A stretch of 64,000 nt of DNA from Felis catus (taxonomy: Eukaryota): assembly GCF_018350175.1 (NCBI RefSeq), contig NC_058368.1, forward strand, positions 173,044,001-173,108,000, read 5' to 3'. Position numbers and translations under genes: made by a program. This document shows positions 51,343 through 64,000 of the stretch, one piece after another. The notes under the pieces are model-generated. The model saw only the letters and a list, made by a program, of their open reading frames with translations. It did no database searches and was not told the origin of the DNA. Each line of letters begins with the position of its first letter. The first letter of the stretch is position 1.

Positions 51343-54300
51343 TTAATTCAGAGCTGCTACTGTGAATTAAATGAAATTAACTTAGGTGTTCAACAAATAG
51401 TAGCTATAATCTTACAGAAGAGGAAGTGGAGGCTCAGAGAAGTTTACTGACTCACCCAAAGTCACATAGCTGAAAATATAGAAAGAAAAGCGTAAATACT
51501 AGCATTTTCAAGACTGGGCACCCCCAGGGTAGGGCTCTGGTTGTCTCCAGTTGTATGCTGAAACTGCCACCAGTCAAGCTGCAAGGGAGATGTGCTGAAA
51601 TGGGAGTGAGTCCCAGGCTGGACTGTGCAGGCTTGTCTCAAGTCCATATCTAAAAGAAGCCTCAAAAGTCCTCAGATCTGCTGCAATGTGGGAGGGGAAA
51701 CTTCAGTCAGAGTGGAGAGGACCAAGGACATTTTGACTAATATTTTGTGTTTCCACCACCTTTAGTTAATTCAGCTCTGTGAACAATGCAGAACCTACCA
51801 TTTAAGTCAAAGAAATCAGTTTATTAGACTTGGTTGCCTGAAACTCAATTTCCTTATCTATAAAATGAGTATATTCTCATCTCAGAATGTTATGTTGTAG
51901 CACACTGTCCACACTACCCAGTTCCCTTCTGAGAGGAAGAGACAGAACTGCATAAGCCCTCCCCTTACCAGGCCCTAGCCTCCTCATATCACACGGTGCC
52001 ATAACCTCCTTGTTAGCATGATGCCCTAGAAAAGCATGCTGTGAGCCAGACAAGACTCGGTTTGAATTATAGGCTCTGTCTCATAGTATCACTTGAATGG
52101 TGGTTGCCTCTGTCTATAATAATAATAATACCTTCTTCCTAGGGTTGTTGTGTGGATTACCTGAGAGGATTTGCTTGGCATATGCCCTGCAACAGAACAG
52201 GGGTTCAAAGAGTGTTAGTCATTTTCAAGGTTATCATGAACAGATGACTGTGTTTACCTCTTCCCTTCAAAGCACTTATCAGAATTTGTAATTATTGGTT
52301 GTTTACTCGTTTATTGTTTGTCTCCTCCCATCAGAACGTAAGGTCACAAGAGCAGGGACTGGATCTGTTTTGGCCACCACCCAGAGGGTGTTCAATAAAT
52401 ACTTGATCAATGAATGAACAAATCTGGTCATATTTGGTAATAACCTGGAGAGGGAGCTTTTGCCATAGAACTGATGGCAGTAGAGACTAGGTTCTTAGGC
52501 CAGTGACAGGCTTGTGGGAAGGGAAACTTCCCTAGTCAGACTGCTATAGGGCAGGAAATCTAAGTACTTTTAGGAGACCGCCAAGGAAAGTGTCTTAAGT
52601 TTCTCTACTCAAACCTTCAGTGGCAGGTCCAAAGGCTGCGGAGAAGCTGATGGGAGGAAAAACTTACAGAGGAGACACTTTTGTTAACTGATTGATTTTC
52701 TGTTGACTGAGAAAAGGCTGCCAGGATTCCATTTTAGCAAAGTAGTACCTGGCTTTGTTTTGATTTAGAAGCCTTGAGTTCTTGTAGCAGACCCTTGAAT
52801 TTCAAAGGAAGATTACTCACTGGTTCTTGTGTTTGAAGCCGCTGACATGAGCTTGATACTGTTCTATGGAGTTCAGCACTATCTTACACGTCTTGCAGGG
52901 GTAACCCTTCCCAGCTGAAACACACATAAAAGTCAAGATACTTAGTTATCCAGGAACAAGGGACCCGGGGACTGCTGCTTTTGACAGTAAATGCCCTTCT
53001 GAGGATGGATGGTGGGGTGAGATTAGGTGGTTGGCCCTGATGAGAATCCCAGAAGCCTCAATGCTCAGAGGACACTGGCTGTGTGCCTATGTGCTTTCTG
53101 GAGTTGGGAACCTCCTCACTCCCCTCTGTACCCCCAAGTCCCAGAATCGAACCTGGTCTACAGTAGCTGTCTGTTGAGTAAATAAAAGATTGACAGAACA
53201 AAGAGGTGACATTTGGTGTATCTTTTTACCTGGACTGTGCTAAGTGGCCTCATTAAGGATGCCCTTCACTGAGAGATCTCTGGGAAACTGCCACTCTCCC
53301 TAGGCTTGCAATAACAGTAATTAATGAGAATGCCTGCTATGAAAATTAATCTAGTCTTTCTATCTTGGGGCTCACAGACACTCTTACTACCAGGGCTGAT
53401 CCAATGACAAAGTGGCCTTTGTCCACATGGCCAAGATATGGAGCTGGACTCCTGGCTCTGCCTTCATGTGATCTTGACTAAACCCCTTCCCCTTTCTGAT
53501 CCTCAGCTTTTCTCAACTGTGAGTCAATTATACCATAACTTATAACCATAATACTTATAATAAAAGCCAGTATCATTAACCAAGTACCTGATATAGGCCA
53601 TGCACGCTATATAATTTTGCTTGGCCCTCATAATGATTTTCCTGGGAAAATCATTATCATTATTTTATAAAGGAAAATAAGGCAAAGTCACATGTCTAAG
53701 CACACAGTGTTAGTAAGTGGCAAACTCAGGCTTGGCTGACCACAAAGGCTGTACTTATTCTAGCGTGACAGATGTTAGCTGTACAAGAAAGGCAGCTGTA
53801 CACATGACTTCAAGAGCCCTCTGGTTCTGACACTCTTCTAACCATCTGCCACCCTAAAGTTTCACAGCTCTGGAGTGAGATCACCTAGGCTCAAATCCCA
53901 GCTCTATCATTTCTTACCTGTAGGACCACAGGCCAGTTACTTAACCTCTCTGAGATTTGGTTTCCTCATTTGTAAAAGTGGGGCTTCTCTGAGACTCAGG
54001 TTCCTTACCTATAAAATGAGGTTAATATTAGTATCAACCTCATAAAGTTACTGTAATGATTTAAATAAAAGCATTTGACACATAGTAAGTGCTCAACAAA
54101 TGTGAGCTCTTATTACTAGTATTTTTTCACTCTTATGGGCTCCATGCATCAGTCTGGCAAAGAGGTGGAGAGTATCTTTTAACCAGCCTTCTATGGCAGC
54201 TGTAGCTGAGAACACCAATGATCTCCTCTACTCCAATTAGCTAGCCGATGTTCCTTTGTATCTTCAGGTATTTCCTGGAAGACACACCCCTTTAGAGCAT

Positions 54301-55927
54301 TTAAAGGGAATATTACTGCAATCAGAATTCAGGTCCATTTTAGACATTTATGGCCAGCATTTGCAGAAGGCTTAATCTTAGACCCTCAGCTCTTCTCTTT
54401 CTAAACTCTCTAGGGGTTTCATTCATTCTGCTGACTTTCATTACCACCTAAAATATATGAAACCACTAATATTTAACAATTACTGACCTACCAAAATGGC
54501 AATATCTCTAACCCAGACCTCTCATTTGAGTTCTAGACCTATATATCCAACTGCCTACTTGGATATCTCATGGGCATCTTAACTCCAAGCTGACAAAACC
54601 TGGCTATCCACCTAATTGCTTAAGACTAAATCTGGTTATCATCTTCGACTATTCCCTCTCCTTCACCTCCCACGGTTTTTTTTTTTTGTTTTGGTAAAGA
54701 TCTTATTTTTATATCATCTCTATACCCAATGTAGGGCTTGAACTCACAATCCCGAGATCAAGAATTGCACGCTCTGAAGGCTGACCCAGCCAGGCCCCCC
54801 TCACCTCCCACATTTGATGGCCAAATCCAGATAATTCTTTTTTCTTTTTTAAATTCATTGACTTATTTTGAGTGAGAGAGGGAGAGTGTGAGCAAGGGTG
54901 CAGAGAGAGAGAGGGGGAGAGAGAATCCCCAGCAGGCTCCACACTGACAGCACGGAGCTGGATGTAGGGCTCAATCTTACAAACTGTGACATCATGATCC
55001 GAGCTGAAATCAAGAGTTGGATGTTTAACTGAGCCACCCAGACGCCCCTAAATCCTGACAATTCCACTTCCTACATAGCTCTTGAATCCATCTACTTCTC
55101 TCTATCTCCTCCACTGCTACCTTACTTAGTCCAAGCTCCCATCCTCTCTAGTATGAATTACTACAATACCGTCATTGCTGGGGTCTCCCCACTCCTCTTC
55201 CTCCCTTTTCCAAACCATTCTCCACTTTGTAAGCAGAATGATCTAATAATGCCTAAATTGTCATTGGCTTCCCAATGCTTTTAGGTTAAAGGCCCAAATC
55301 CCTAACATGACCAACAATACCAGGACTGGATGCTCCGTCATCTCCCCAGGATCGTTTTGCCCCACATTATCCTCCTTTCACTCTGGGAAACCTTCACTGA
55401 TCCCTGTTCCAATTTAAGTTGCCCCATTTGTTTCCTTTCCTTTTTTTTTTTTAAAGATTTTATTTTTAAGTAATTTCTACACCTAACATGGGGCTTGAAC
55501 TTACAACCCTGAGATCAAGAACTGTGTGCTCTGCCAACTGAGTCAGCCATGTGCCCCATTTGTTTCCTTTTCTAAAGCTTGTCACACTTGCAGTTATTTG
55601 CTCAATGCCTGTCTTTTCTACTAAACTCTAAGTTTCATGAGAACATGGACAACACCTGTCTTGTTTACTATCATATATACAATGCCTGACAAATATTAGG
55701 AAAGCACTTAGCAAATATTTCTTGACTATATATGATTTTTTGTTTTGAGATAGAGAGTGTGCGCGAGTGAGTGCGTGCCTGAGCGGGGGAGGGGGGCAGA
55801 GGGAGAGGTGAAGAGGGAGAGAGGGAGAGAGGGAGAGAGGGAGAGAGGGAGAGAGGGAGAGAGGGAGAAAGGGAGAAAGGGAGAGGGAGAGAGAGAGAGA
55901 GACAGAAAGGGAGAGAGAGAGAAAGAT

Positions 55928-55982
<55 letters not shown>

Positions 55983-58900
55983 CTTAAGCAGGCTCCATGC
56001 TCCAACACAGGGCTTGATCCCATGACCCTGGGATCATGACCTGAATTGAAATCAAGAGTTGGATACTGACTGAGCCACTCAGGCACTCTTTGACTATATA
56101 TGAACTTAACAAGACCTGAAAACCTGTCCTAAGCATAGTTGAAGAGACTCGGGGGATCAGCATGCGGCAGAGAAAGCAGCCCTGTTCTATGTAGGAGGCA
56201 AGGCCCTAAGCAGGGAAAGAAAGTGATGGGGTAAAGCAGAGGAGGATTCCAGTAACCTGGGGTGAGTGTTGAATGCTCTGACAGTTGGAAGGATTTGGCT
56301 GCCTGAATGATATGCAGGCTTTAGTTTTAGCATTCTTGGATAAATGAGAGAAACGTGAGCCAGGAATATAAAGCAAATTTCAAGTCTTTGATCTGCTTGG
56401 TAGACGCTGCATCTTCCCCTTGGGGAAGAGATCTGGACACTCTGGATCATCTCACATTTGACCCATACTTGTCATCAGACACTCTGACAGGAGCCCCATG
56501 GAAACTATTCTCTGGACCCACTATAGAATTTAACCCAAATTTCAATGTGGCTCAGGTGCTAACTAGTGTGGGACCCAGGAAAAATCACCTCATCTTTCTG
56601 ATCCTAATGACCTCATTTGTAAAATGGGGACAATCAAACTTGCACAGCAGAGCTGCTGTGAGGATTAAATCCGGCAATTACATGTGAGAGTACCTAGCCT
56701 AAGGTCTGGACTGTAACAGCCACAGGTAAGTAAAGGATGACTGACTGACTGAATGAATGAACAAGCTTCAACAGAGGCCAGCAGGGAAAAGTCAAGCTGC
56801 TAACAAACCTAAAACCTTTGCTAAGGTGAAATCCCTGTTAGCTGAAGTCACTGCCTGCATATCCTAGGTCAACATTCCACCTCTGTGGGTAAGAAGGGGG
56901 TCAAAATGAGTTCAATGCCTCTGATGTCCTACAGTTGGAAAGCCTCCTGCCAAGTACACTCAGAGCTGGAGGCAGGAGGAAGGAGTGTAAGTTTTGGAAC
57001 CAGACAGAGCTAGAGACACATATTGATGTTCTCACTTATCAACATCAGGTCCTATCAGCTCTATGACCTTGAGCAAGTCACTCTGAGTCTCAACTTCTTT
57101 ATCTGTAAAATGCGAAAATCATACCTATTTTTAGGAATGCTGTGGGAATTAAATTATAATGTATATATTAATATCAAAAGGCGTGTGATGCCCCTGCCCC
57201 CTGCCTAGGTTTTCATGAAAAATTGTGGCTGATCTGTAAAGGAGTCAGTTGCCTTAAGCAAGAAAAAAGCATCCAGGATACAGTTCTAGGATTAAGTTTG
57301 GTAATCAGCCTTAGGCAAAGGGAGGAGTAGATATAGGAAGGAGACTTTGGCTTGAGATAAAAGTATAGAATGGGGGAGTGCCTGGGTGGCTCAGTCGGTT
57401 AAGCATCTGACTTGCATCAGACTTCCGCTTAGGTCATGATCTGGTTCGTGGGTTCAAGCCTCGCACTGGGCTCCATGCTGACAGTGCAGGGCCTGCTTGG
57501 GATTGTCTCTCTTCCTTTCTCTCTGCCCCTTTCCCACTCATACTTTCTTTCTCTCAAAATAAATAAACTTAAAAAATAAAAAGAATAGAACAGGTACAAG
57601 TTAAGACAAGCAGCCTAAAATATGGCAGTGCCAAACATTAAAAAAAAGGGGAGGGGCCTGGGTGGCTCAGTGGGTTAAGCTTTGGACTTTAGCTCAGGTC
57701 ATGATCTTGCGGTTGGTGGGTTTGAGCCCCTCATTGGACTCTGTGCTGACAGCATGGAGCCTGGAACCTGCTTCAGATTCTTTGTCCTCCTCTCTCTCTG
57801 CCTCTCACGCACTCATGCTCTCTCTCTCTCTCTCTCTCTCAAAAATAAATAAACATAAAAAAAAAAAAATTAAACATGGCAGTGCCTGAGTCCTGCTAGT
57901 GGACAAGAGAGAATGAGGATATGACCAGAGCAGGGCCAAATAAAGATGGCCAAGAGCTGGAGCAAAGAAGAGTCAGCTGCAAGAGAACCCTGGGTCATGC
58001 CAGCTGGATACTGTGTTGTCCCTATCAGTCTCAGGCCAAAATAGGAGGGTGTCACAGAGGGTTCTGAGGAGCTTGGTTCTGAAGTTCCCGTATTTCTCAG
58101 CATATGGGGCTGATCCTGTTAAAGAGGAAGGCACTGCCTGCATATGGGAACACCAAGCACTTAATTTTGAAGAGGTTTATAAAGCAGGGTCCTTCAGTGG
58201 CATTGGAAGAGCACTCCTTGGCACCCTGCTAAAGGGACCTTCCCTTATTTCATAGCCACTATTTTGCACCCATCTCATCTGTGTCAGTATTGCTCAAGGA
58301 CAACCTGTGTTGTAAGGCTGCTTTGGGTTTGGGGATTGATAGAGAGGCATGATCTCCCTTGCCCATATGTGGTCTGGAACATCTACAGTATCTGGGTGTT
58401 CACCTTTCTAAGACTGTGGCAAGAGCACAGATGACTCCAAGTAGCAGGTTCCCTGAGGCCAAGGTGTTTGTACTTGGATGCCATGGGGACCTCAAGTGTT
58501 GACTGGTGCTGCATCTCCATGGCCTGAGTGGAAACCCTGAGGACTCATACGAATGTAGGCTCCATGAGACAGGCACTGTGTCAGTCTTAGTCACCACTGT
58601 ACCCCAAAGAGGGTACACAGTAGGTACTCAATAAATATCTACTGACTGAATCAAAGAGAAAATAATAATCTCCCCTCCTCCACTCTTATTATAAGCCCTG
58701 AGAAGTTAATGTGATGGGAAGGGCTCTTAACTCTTCATGAATACTTACTCCCGTGATGTTGACTGGCATCTAGAAGTCAGGGTAAAAGCTAATATTCTCT
58801 GAGTCAGAGTGGGGTATGGGCAGGCCTCAACTGCTGAGAAGTGAGGGGCCCTGAGGACACTCTAATATCTGGCAGAGGCTGCTGAGGGCCTTCACACAAG

Positions 58901-61900
58901 GAATGTGGATGACAGGGAGCTTAAATCAGAGGTTGCAAACTGGTGTCCCTTGGCCCAAATCTGGCTTGCAGACAGATTTGGCTCATACACGGTTTAACAT
59001 TTTTTAAATTTAGTAGCACATTTAAAATGGAGAGGAATTCTATTTTTTTTTTTTAAGATTATTTTTAAGTAATCTCTACATCCGACATGGGATTTCAACT
59101 CACAGCCCTGAGACCAAGAGTTGCATACTCTACCGACTGAGCCAGCCAGGCCCCCTAAAAATTAGGGAAATTCTTTTTTTTCAAAAATTTTTTTTAATGT
59201 TTATTTATTTTTGAGAGAGAGACAGACAGACCGAATGTAAGTAGAGGAGGGGCAAAGAGAGAGACAGAGAGACACAGATTCCGAAGCAGGCTCTAGGCTC
59301 TGTTAGCACAGAGCCCAACGTGGGGCTTGAACTCACGAACTATGAGATCATAGCCTGAGCCAAAGTCAGACACTTAACTGACTGAGCCATTCAGGTGCCT
59401 CAAAAATGAGGGGAATTCTTAAACAAATCTGATTTTCTAGATTCCTTGAAAAACTGAAAGATATGGTAATAACTAACTGGAGCTGGCTAGGAGAGGCATG
59501 CACTCTTCAGCTGGTCATGCTCATTTACTTATTTTTATTTCCTATCTGGTTTCTGCAGGCATTTGAGGGTGCAATGCCTGCGAGGGGAGATGTAAGGAGG
59601 AAAAGACAGCATTGGTAGTCTGGAGAACTCTAGTCCTCAAGCCCTGATCCAGCTCTCGGTGTGAGCTGGGCCCCCTTACCTGATGAGTCAGTGACAGCAG
59701 GGTCGGCCAGCCGCCCATAGTGTGCCATGAGTTTGAGCTTGGTTTCCTGTTTCCTGTGTTTCTTGCCCACATAATGTTGTTGAGCCATGACAGGGTCGTT
59801 GAAAGTCGCATGGCAGAGGCTGCAGAACTTGTCTGGGTCTATCATTTCTCTATTCTGGTGCAAGGCTAAGGTGGAGGCCACAAGGAAAGGGTTTGTAAGG
59901 CGTTTCGACAGAGCTGCGGTGAGAGAGTTCAAACAGAAACAATGAAAAAAGACCCAGAAGGTGCCAAGCTTTTGAGTATGCTGAATGGAAAGAAAGGCTG
60001 GGTCACTAGTCACACTTGCAGATGTAGCACTGCCTGTGTGAATCACACAGTGAAAGTCTTATCTAATTGGGAAAACTGGCAAGATTTGGGAGAGCTCAAA
60101 GACCAGCTACTTTGATCAGCAGTCTTCACTACTTTGGGCATATGAATCCTGATTTCCTCATATTCTGAGGAGGTTCTGCACTTCTGCTATCCAGTTGTCA
60201 AATTATAACAGTCTAGAAATGTACATGTTTCTAGTTCTTTTATCCCTCAGAATTCCCCAGAGCTTCACAGCAAGTGGGACAAAAAACTGGGAGCCAATGC
60301 ACAGATGTAGTAATTGAGAGCCTGAGGATTGGGAGGGTCATTTAGAAAAGGTAACCGTACTAGGAGGCCTTTTGGGTTACACTGTCTTCTAGGCTGAGTA
60401 GGAGAAAGAGAGGATAATACTGACGTTAAATTACATGCTTTGTACATATATGTCCTCCTTTGGTCCTCAGAACTACCCCATGAGATAAATATCATCTTAC
60501 CACATTATAGAGAAAAATCAAGGCTCAGATGGGTAAAGTGACTTGCCCAAGATTACCCTGGTAGTGAGTGAATCCATCTGCGTGACCCTAAAGACTATGC
60601 CCTCTTCGCTATGCCAGGCTGCCAGAGTGTGATAGGGAAACCTGAGGGAGGGCTATAGTCCATGCTTTTACCTTCAGAAAACATCCTTGGTTCTGGTCAA
60701 TGAATTCAGGTAATCAGAGTGTGTTATGAGTCCCCTGTGGGTCAACAAATGTCCTGATACTCCTGGCAGGCCACACAGCTGCTTTATAAAGTGGATGCCA
60801 AGACTCACGAATGAGTCCATGTGGCTAGAATGGTGTCAACCCAGTAACCACTGTTTTAAAAATGTGGCCTAGACCCCCCACCAATGGTGGAAGAGGAGTG
60901 GGGCTCAGCAGCACTCAGACAGATGGCTCAGATGCTTGCTCAGCAAGTTGCTTGAAAAGTAATGCACATGTTGTAGAATATTTGATAATATGAGAAAACA
61001 TTCAATATGTGGTGTTACATTAAAAAGAAAGCAGGTTATACAGAAATCTGTTTCTTATGTCCTCAATTTTGTAAAACAAACGAAAAAACATACTGGTGAT
61101 GCATGGAAAAAAGGCCAAAAGCATAGAGTAAAAGGGTGCTTTTCAGTAATATCCAACTTTTCTATAATGAATATAGACTTCTGACATCAGAAAAGAGATA
61201 ATAATGGTCGTTAAAACATAAAAGGCAAAAAAAAGAAAAAAAAAAAAAGACATAAAAGGCCATTCTTTAAAAGATACTGAAGCATCAGAGGTGAACGGTT
61301 AAGTTGGAGGAACCGCTTCACGGACATCCAAAAAATAACTATGGGAGTCTTCTCTCAGGAAATGGCTTGAAATATGGAAAGAGTTTTCTACAGGGATGTT
61401 TGCTATACTGTTATTTATAAATATCAAAAAAGGGGAGGGGGAAAATGTTCAGCATTAGAGGAATGGTGTTATGATAGGATATTATAAAGTCATTAAAATG
61501 TTTATGAAAAAGTTTTTAATAACATGGGGAAATACAAATGTTATATTAAACAGAGTATAAAAGAAAATTACACACAATATGATCTTATCATTGTTAAAAG
61601 ATATATGCACAATCATATGTGGGTAGTAGCATTTTGAAATGTCACTAATATATTAACAGTGTTTCTCTGTGGTAGGATTTGGGGGATATTTTACTTTCTT
61701 CTTTGTACTTTTTTGCATCATTTCAGCTAGAATTATTCATAATGAGTATGCATCATTTTTATAAATATAAGGTTATTTAAAGTATTCTATGTTTATATGC
61801 ACGTATATATGGATTTAATCTGTACATACATAAAACTATACACACAGATATACACACATACACATAACAAAAGATTATAGGAAAAACAATACTCCAAAAT

Positions 61901-63890
61901 ATTAACAGTGGTTACCTCTGAATGGCAAAATTATGTGTACTTTCTCTTTTCATATATCTGTATTTTCCATATTTTCTACAACATGCTTCTATTACTTTCA
62001 CATTAGAAACATGTTTAACTTCATAAATATAGTTATAAACTCATGTAAAAACATAGAAATGTGCTTAAACTACAATATTCAATGAAAAGTAAAAGCAGGA
62101 TACAAACAGTACATGCACTATGATTACAACCATATAAAAGCATATCTGTATGTGGCAAAGGCTGAAAATGAATACGGAAAATAACCTCTTAAGTATGGAA
62201 TCTTTGGGACCTGGCATATATCAGGGAATTTTCCCATTTATAGAAAAGATCAATCCATATAAAGACAAATAACCTTATAAAGTTTTTGTTCTTAAGCTAT
62301 TTTCTCTTGGCCTAATGTTTTAATCTTTTTGGTACCATGAATGGTACCAACACTGACTTTATTATTTTTTTGAAGTGATCTCTACACACAGCATGGGGCT
62401 CGAACTCATGACCACAAGATCAAGAGTTGTATGTTCCACTGACTGAGCCAGACAGGCACCCCCCAACACCGACTTCAAACAAAAGCAATTAGTACTAGTA
62501 TAACTTAATGATGAACAAACCATAAGCAAGGCCAATGACATGCTCCAGGTGGTAGATGCCTCACCAAAGACTTCATTTTATAAGGGGATTCCACTTGTGG
62601 GCTATCTTAATGACAGTGATAATACTAATGATAGCAGCTGTCATTTACTAAGCATCTATTATGTCCTAGATTCCTTAAATACATTTCATCCTCACAACCT
62701 ATAGATAGTATTATTAACATCTTACAGGTGAGGAAACTTAGGCACAAAGAAGTTAAGTCATATAGATAGTAAATAGCAGCATCAGGATTTAAACCTGCAT
62801 GTCTGTGGCTTCAAAGTCCATATTCTGTTGTTTCATAGCATGAATAACCAGATTTGGGTGTGTTAAGAGGGTATAATTATGAGTAATTTGTCACCTTATC
62901 TTCAAAGTCTTCTAAAACATTGTTGTCTTGTTTTCATGATACAGTATTATAAAAAAGAATAAGTATTATAAATAGTATAGTCAGTCTACTTCCTGGTCCA
63001 AGATAAAGAAGCAAAAATTACAAAAAAAAAAAAAAAAAAAAAAAGACATAAAAATCAAAGAACTTTCACTCTTGACTAACTGCAGTTAGTGGAGGTTAAA
63101 AATCCCAGAAAGTCAGGAGTTAATGAGATGAAAGCGAGGGTTGAGCAACAGTGGTGACAAGATAAAGGGGACTATTTTAGAAGTCAACGCACTGGAATGA
63201 ATTCATGGCAGCTGCAAACATGGCTTGCTGGGCAGTAGTGGCAGCACTCAAGTATTCAGCTTTGAAAAGCAAGTCCCTGTCTTGAGGAGAACAGGCAGCT
63301 TTGAGGATTAAAGAGAACAGGGCATAACCTGAGCACACGAAAAAGACAAGGATTTAGCTTTCAACTTGGAACACATGGTAATAATGGCAGGTGGATGCTG
63401 GGAGGGAAAAATCTAAGTGGGAGAGGTAAGAGATAGAATGCTCTCATGGTATGCATGGCCTGGAGGACTTTGACACTCTCAATTATAATTATTCATCAGG
63501 ACAAAAGCTCAGGGCTAAGACACTTCTACAAAGAAAAACTGATGTAACCAAAGAAAGGGAAGTTAGGTGAGCACAAGTCTGAGACTGCATTTCAATCTAG
63601 CTGGGCCTACTTTGGTATTTTTAAGGACTCTCAAAAGTTCGACCTCTCCAAGTCTGTGGCCCTAGGCATTGCATTCTGGACACTGGCATTGGTGCCCTGA
63701 GGATGGGAGGGGTACCGATACAGCACTACTCAGGAAAACCAGTACCTTCCACCTTAGTGGATTGCTGCTTCAGCTTTAAGTTCTTTGCGTGGGTCTTCCC
63801 CAGGTAGTGCGACTGGGCCACGACAGGGGAGGAAAAGGTCATGTTACAGATGGGGCAGCACTGGTTCTTGTCTTTGCTTCTGCTGTTCTT
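50261..63890 (-). CDS. ZNF346: ZNF346 (JAZ, dsRNA-binding zinc finger protein), 3' part: exons 63746-63890, 59680-59865, 52821-52914, 50261-50348; 5' exons lie beyond the window
   Basis: Matrin/JAZ-type C2H2 fingers [70 protein letters not shown]-terminus [21 protein letters not shown] introns in consistent phase; syntenic with FGFR4. Confidence 0.97.
51313..51340. repeat. (TG)n microsatellite
   Basis: Direct reading. Confidence 0.95.
52821..52914 (-). CDS. ZNF346: ZNF346 exon (zinc finger 4)
   Basis: 94 nt, [32 protein letters not shown]; tttcag acceptor, CA|GTGAGT donor (not in the ORF track). Confidence 0.96.
54675..59400. mobile_element. CanSINE cluster in a ZNF346 intron (54675-54800 -, 54838-55048 -, 55440-55557 -, 55735-56086 -, 57372-57580 +, 57648-57870 +, 59042-59155 -, 59175-59400 -)
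   Basis: Recognisable SINEC bodies; TSDs e.g. ttgactatatatga, aaaatatggcagtgcc/aaacatggcagtgcc. Confidence 0.88.
59680..59865 (-). CDS. ZNF346: ZNF346 exon (zinc finger 3)
   Basis: 186 nt, [18 protein letters not shown]...[15 protein letters not shown] donor. Confidence 0.96.
60960..62200 (+). mobile_element. AT-rich old L1ME-type 3' fragments
   Basis: Repeated aaaatattaacagtggtta(c)ctctg-type L1ME 3'UTR motifs. Confidence 0.6.
62358..62463 (-). mobile_element. Short CanSINE
   Basis: ggggctcgaactcatgaccacaagatcaagagttg; TSD ccaacac(t/c)gactt. Confidence 0.85.
63746..63890 (-). CDS. ZNF346: ZNF346 exon (zinc finger 2)
   Basis: 145 nt, [21 protein letters not shown]...QQSTKVE; ccag acceptor, G|GTACTG donor. 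Confidence 0.96.
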
Positions 63891-64000
63891 CTGGTTGGGA
63901 GAAAGAACACAGGTCTGATCACGCCACTGCCCAGCCAGAAAATCTTCCATGGTTCCCCATTGCCCACAGAAGAATGGGCATTCAAGGCCCCCTTCACACA

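Noticed and set aside
55628..56086. SLSLSL/ERERER ORFs and recurrent GAWVAQSV-type ORFs across the window
   Set aside because: Translations of CanSINE bodies and (GA)n tracts.

Overview
Mammalian genomic DNA, almost certainly a felid (dense SINEC_Fc-type CanSINEs, old L1/L2/MIR/MLT1/MER relics). It matches the conserved ZNF346-FGFR4-(NSD1) block. Minus strand: the last four coding exons and 3'UTR of ZNF346 (63890->50261) and a complete, intact FGFR4 gene (non-coding exon 1 in a CpG island, 17 coding exons 31398->24064, 801 aa, poly(A) signal 23525-23530). All internal exon lengths match the human structure as I recall it. The main unexplained signal is in the apparently intergenic left end (~286-9900, + strand). 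There, a chain of splice-site-bounded segments translates, in the right order and spacing, into a decayed HECT E3 ubiquitin ligase domain most like the TRIP12/HECTD1/Ufd4 clade. It has a candidate catalytic Cys (CFCRLKLP), a terminal Phe motif and an AATAAA, but many stops and frameshifts, so it looks like an intron-containing, probably unannotated pseudogene. Also notable: a charge-neutralised FGFR4 acid box, an extra Cys in Ig-I, an orphan CpG/CCAAT promoter at ~10.5 kb and convergent CTCF motifs around FGFR4. All homology calls rest on recalled protein sequences, not on searches.
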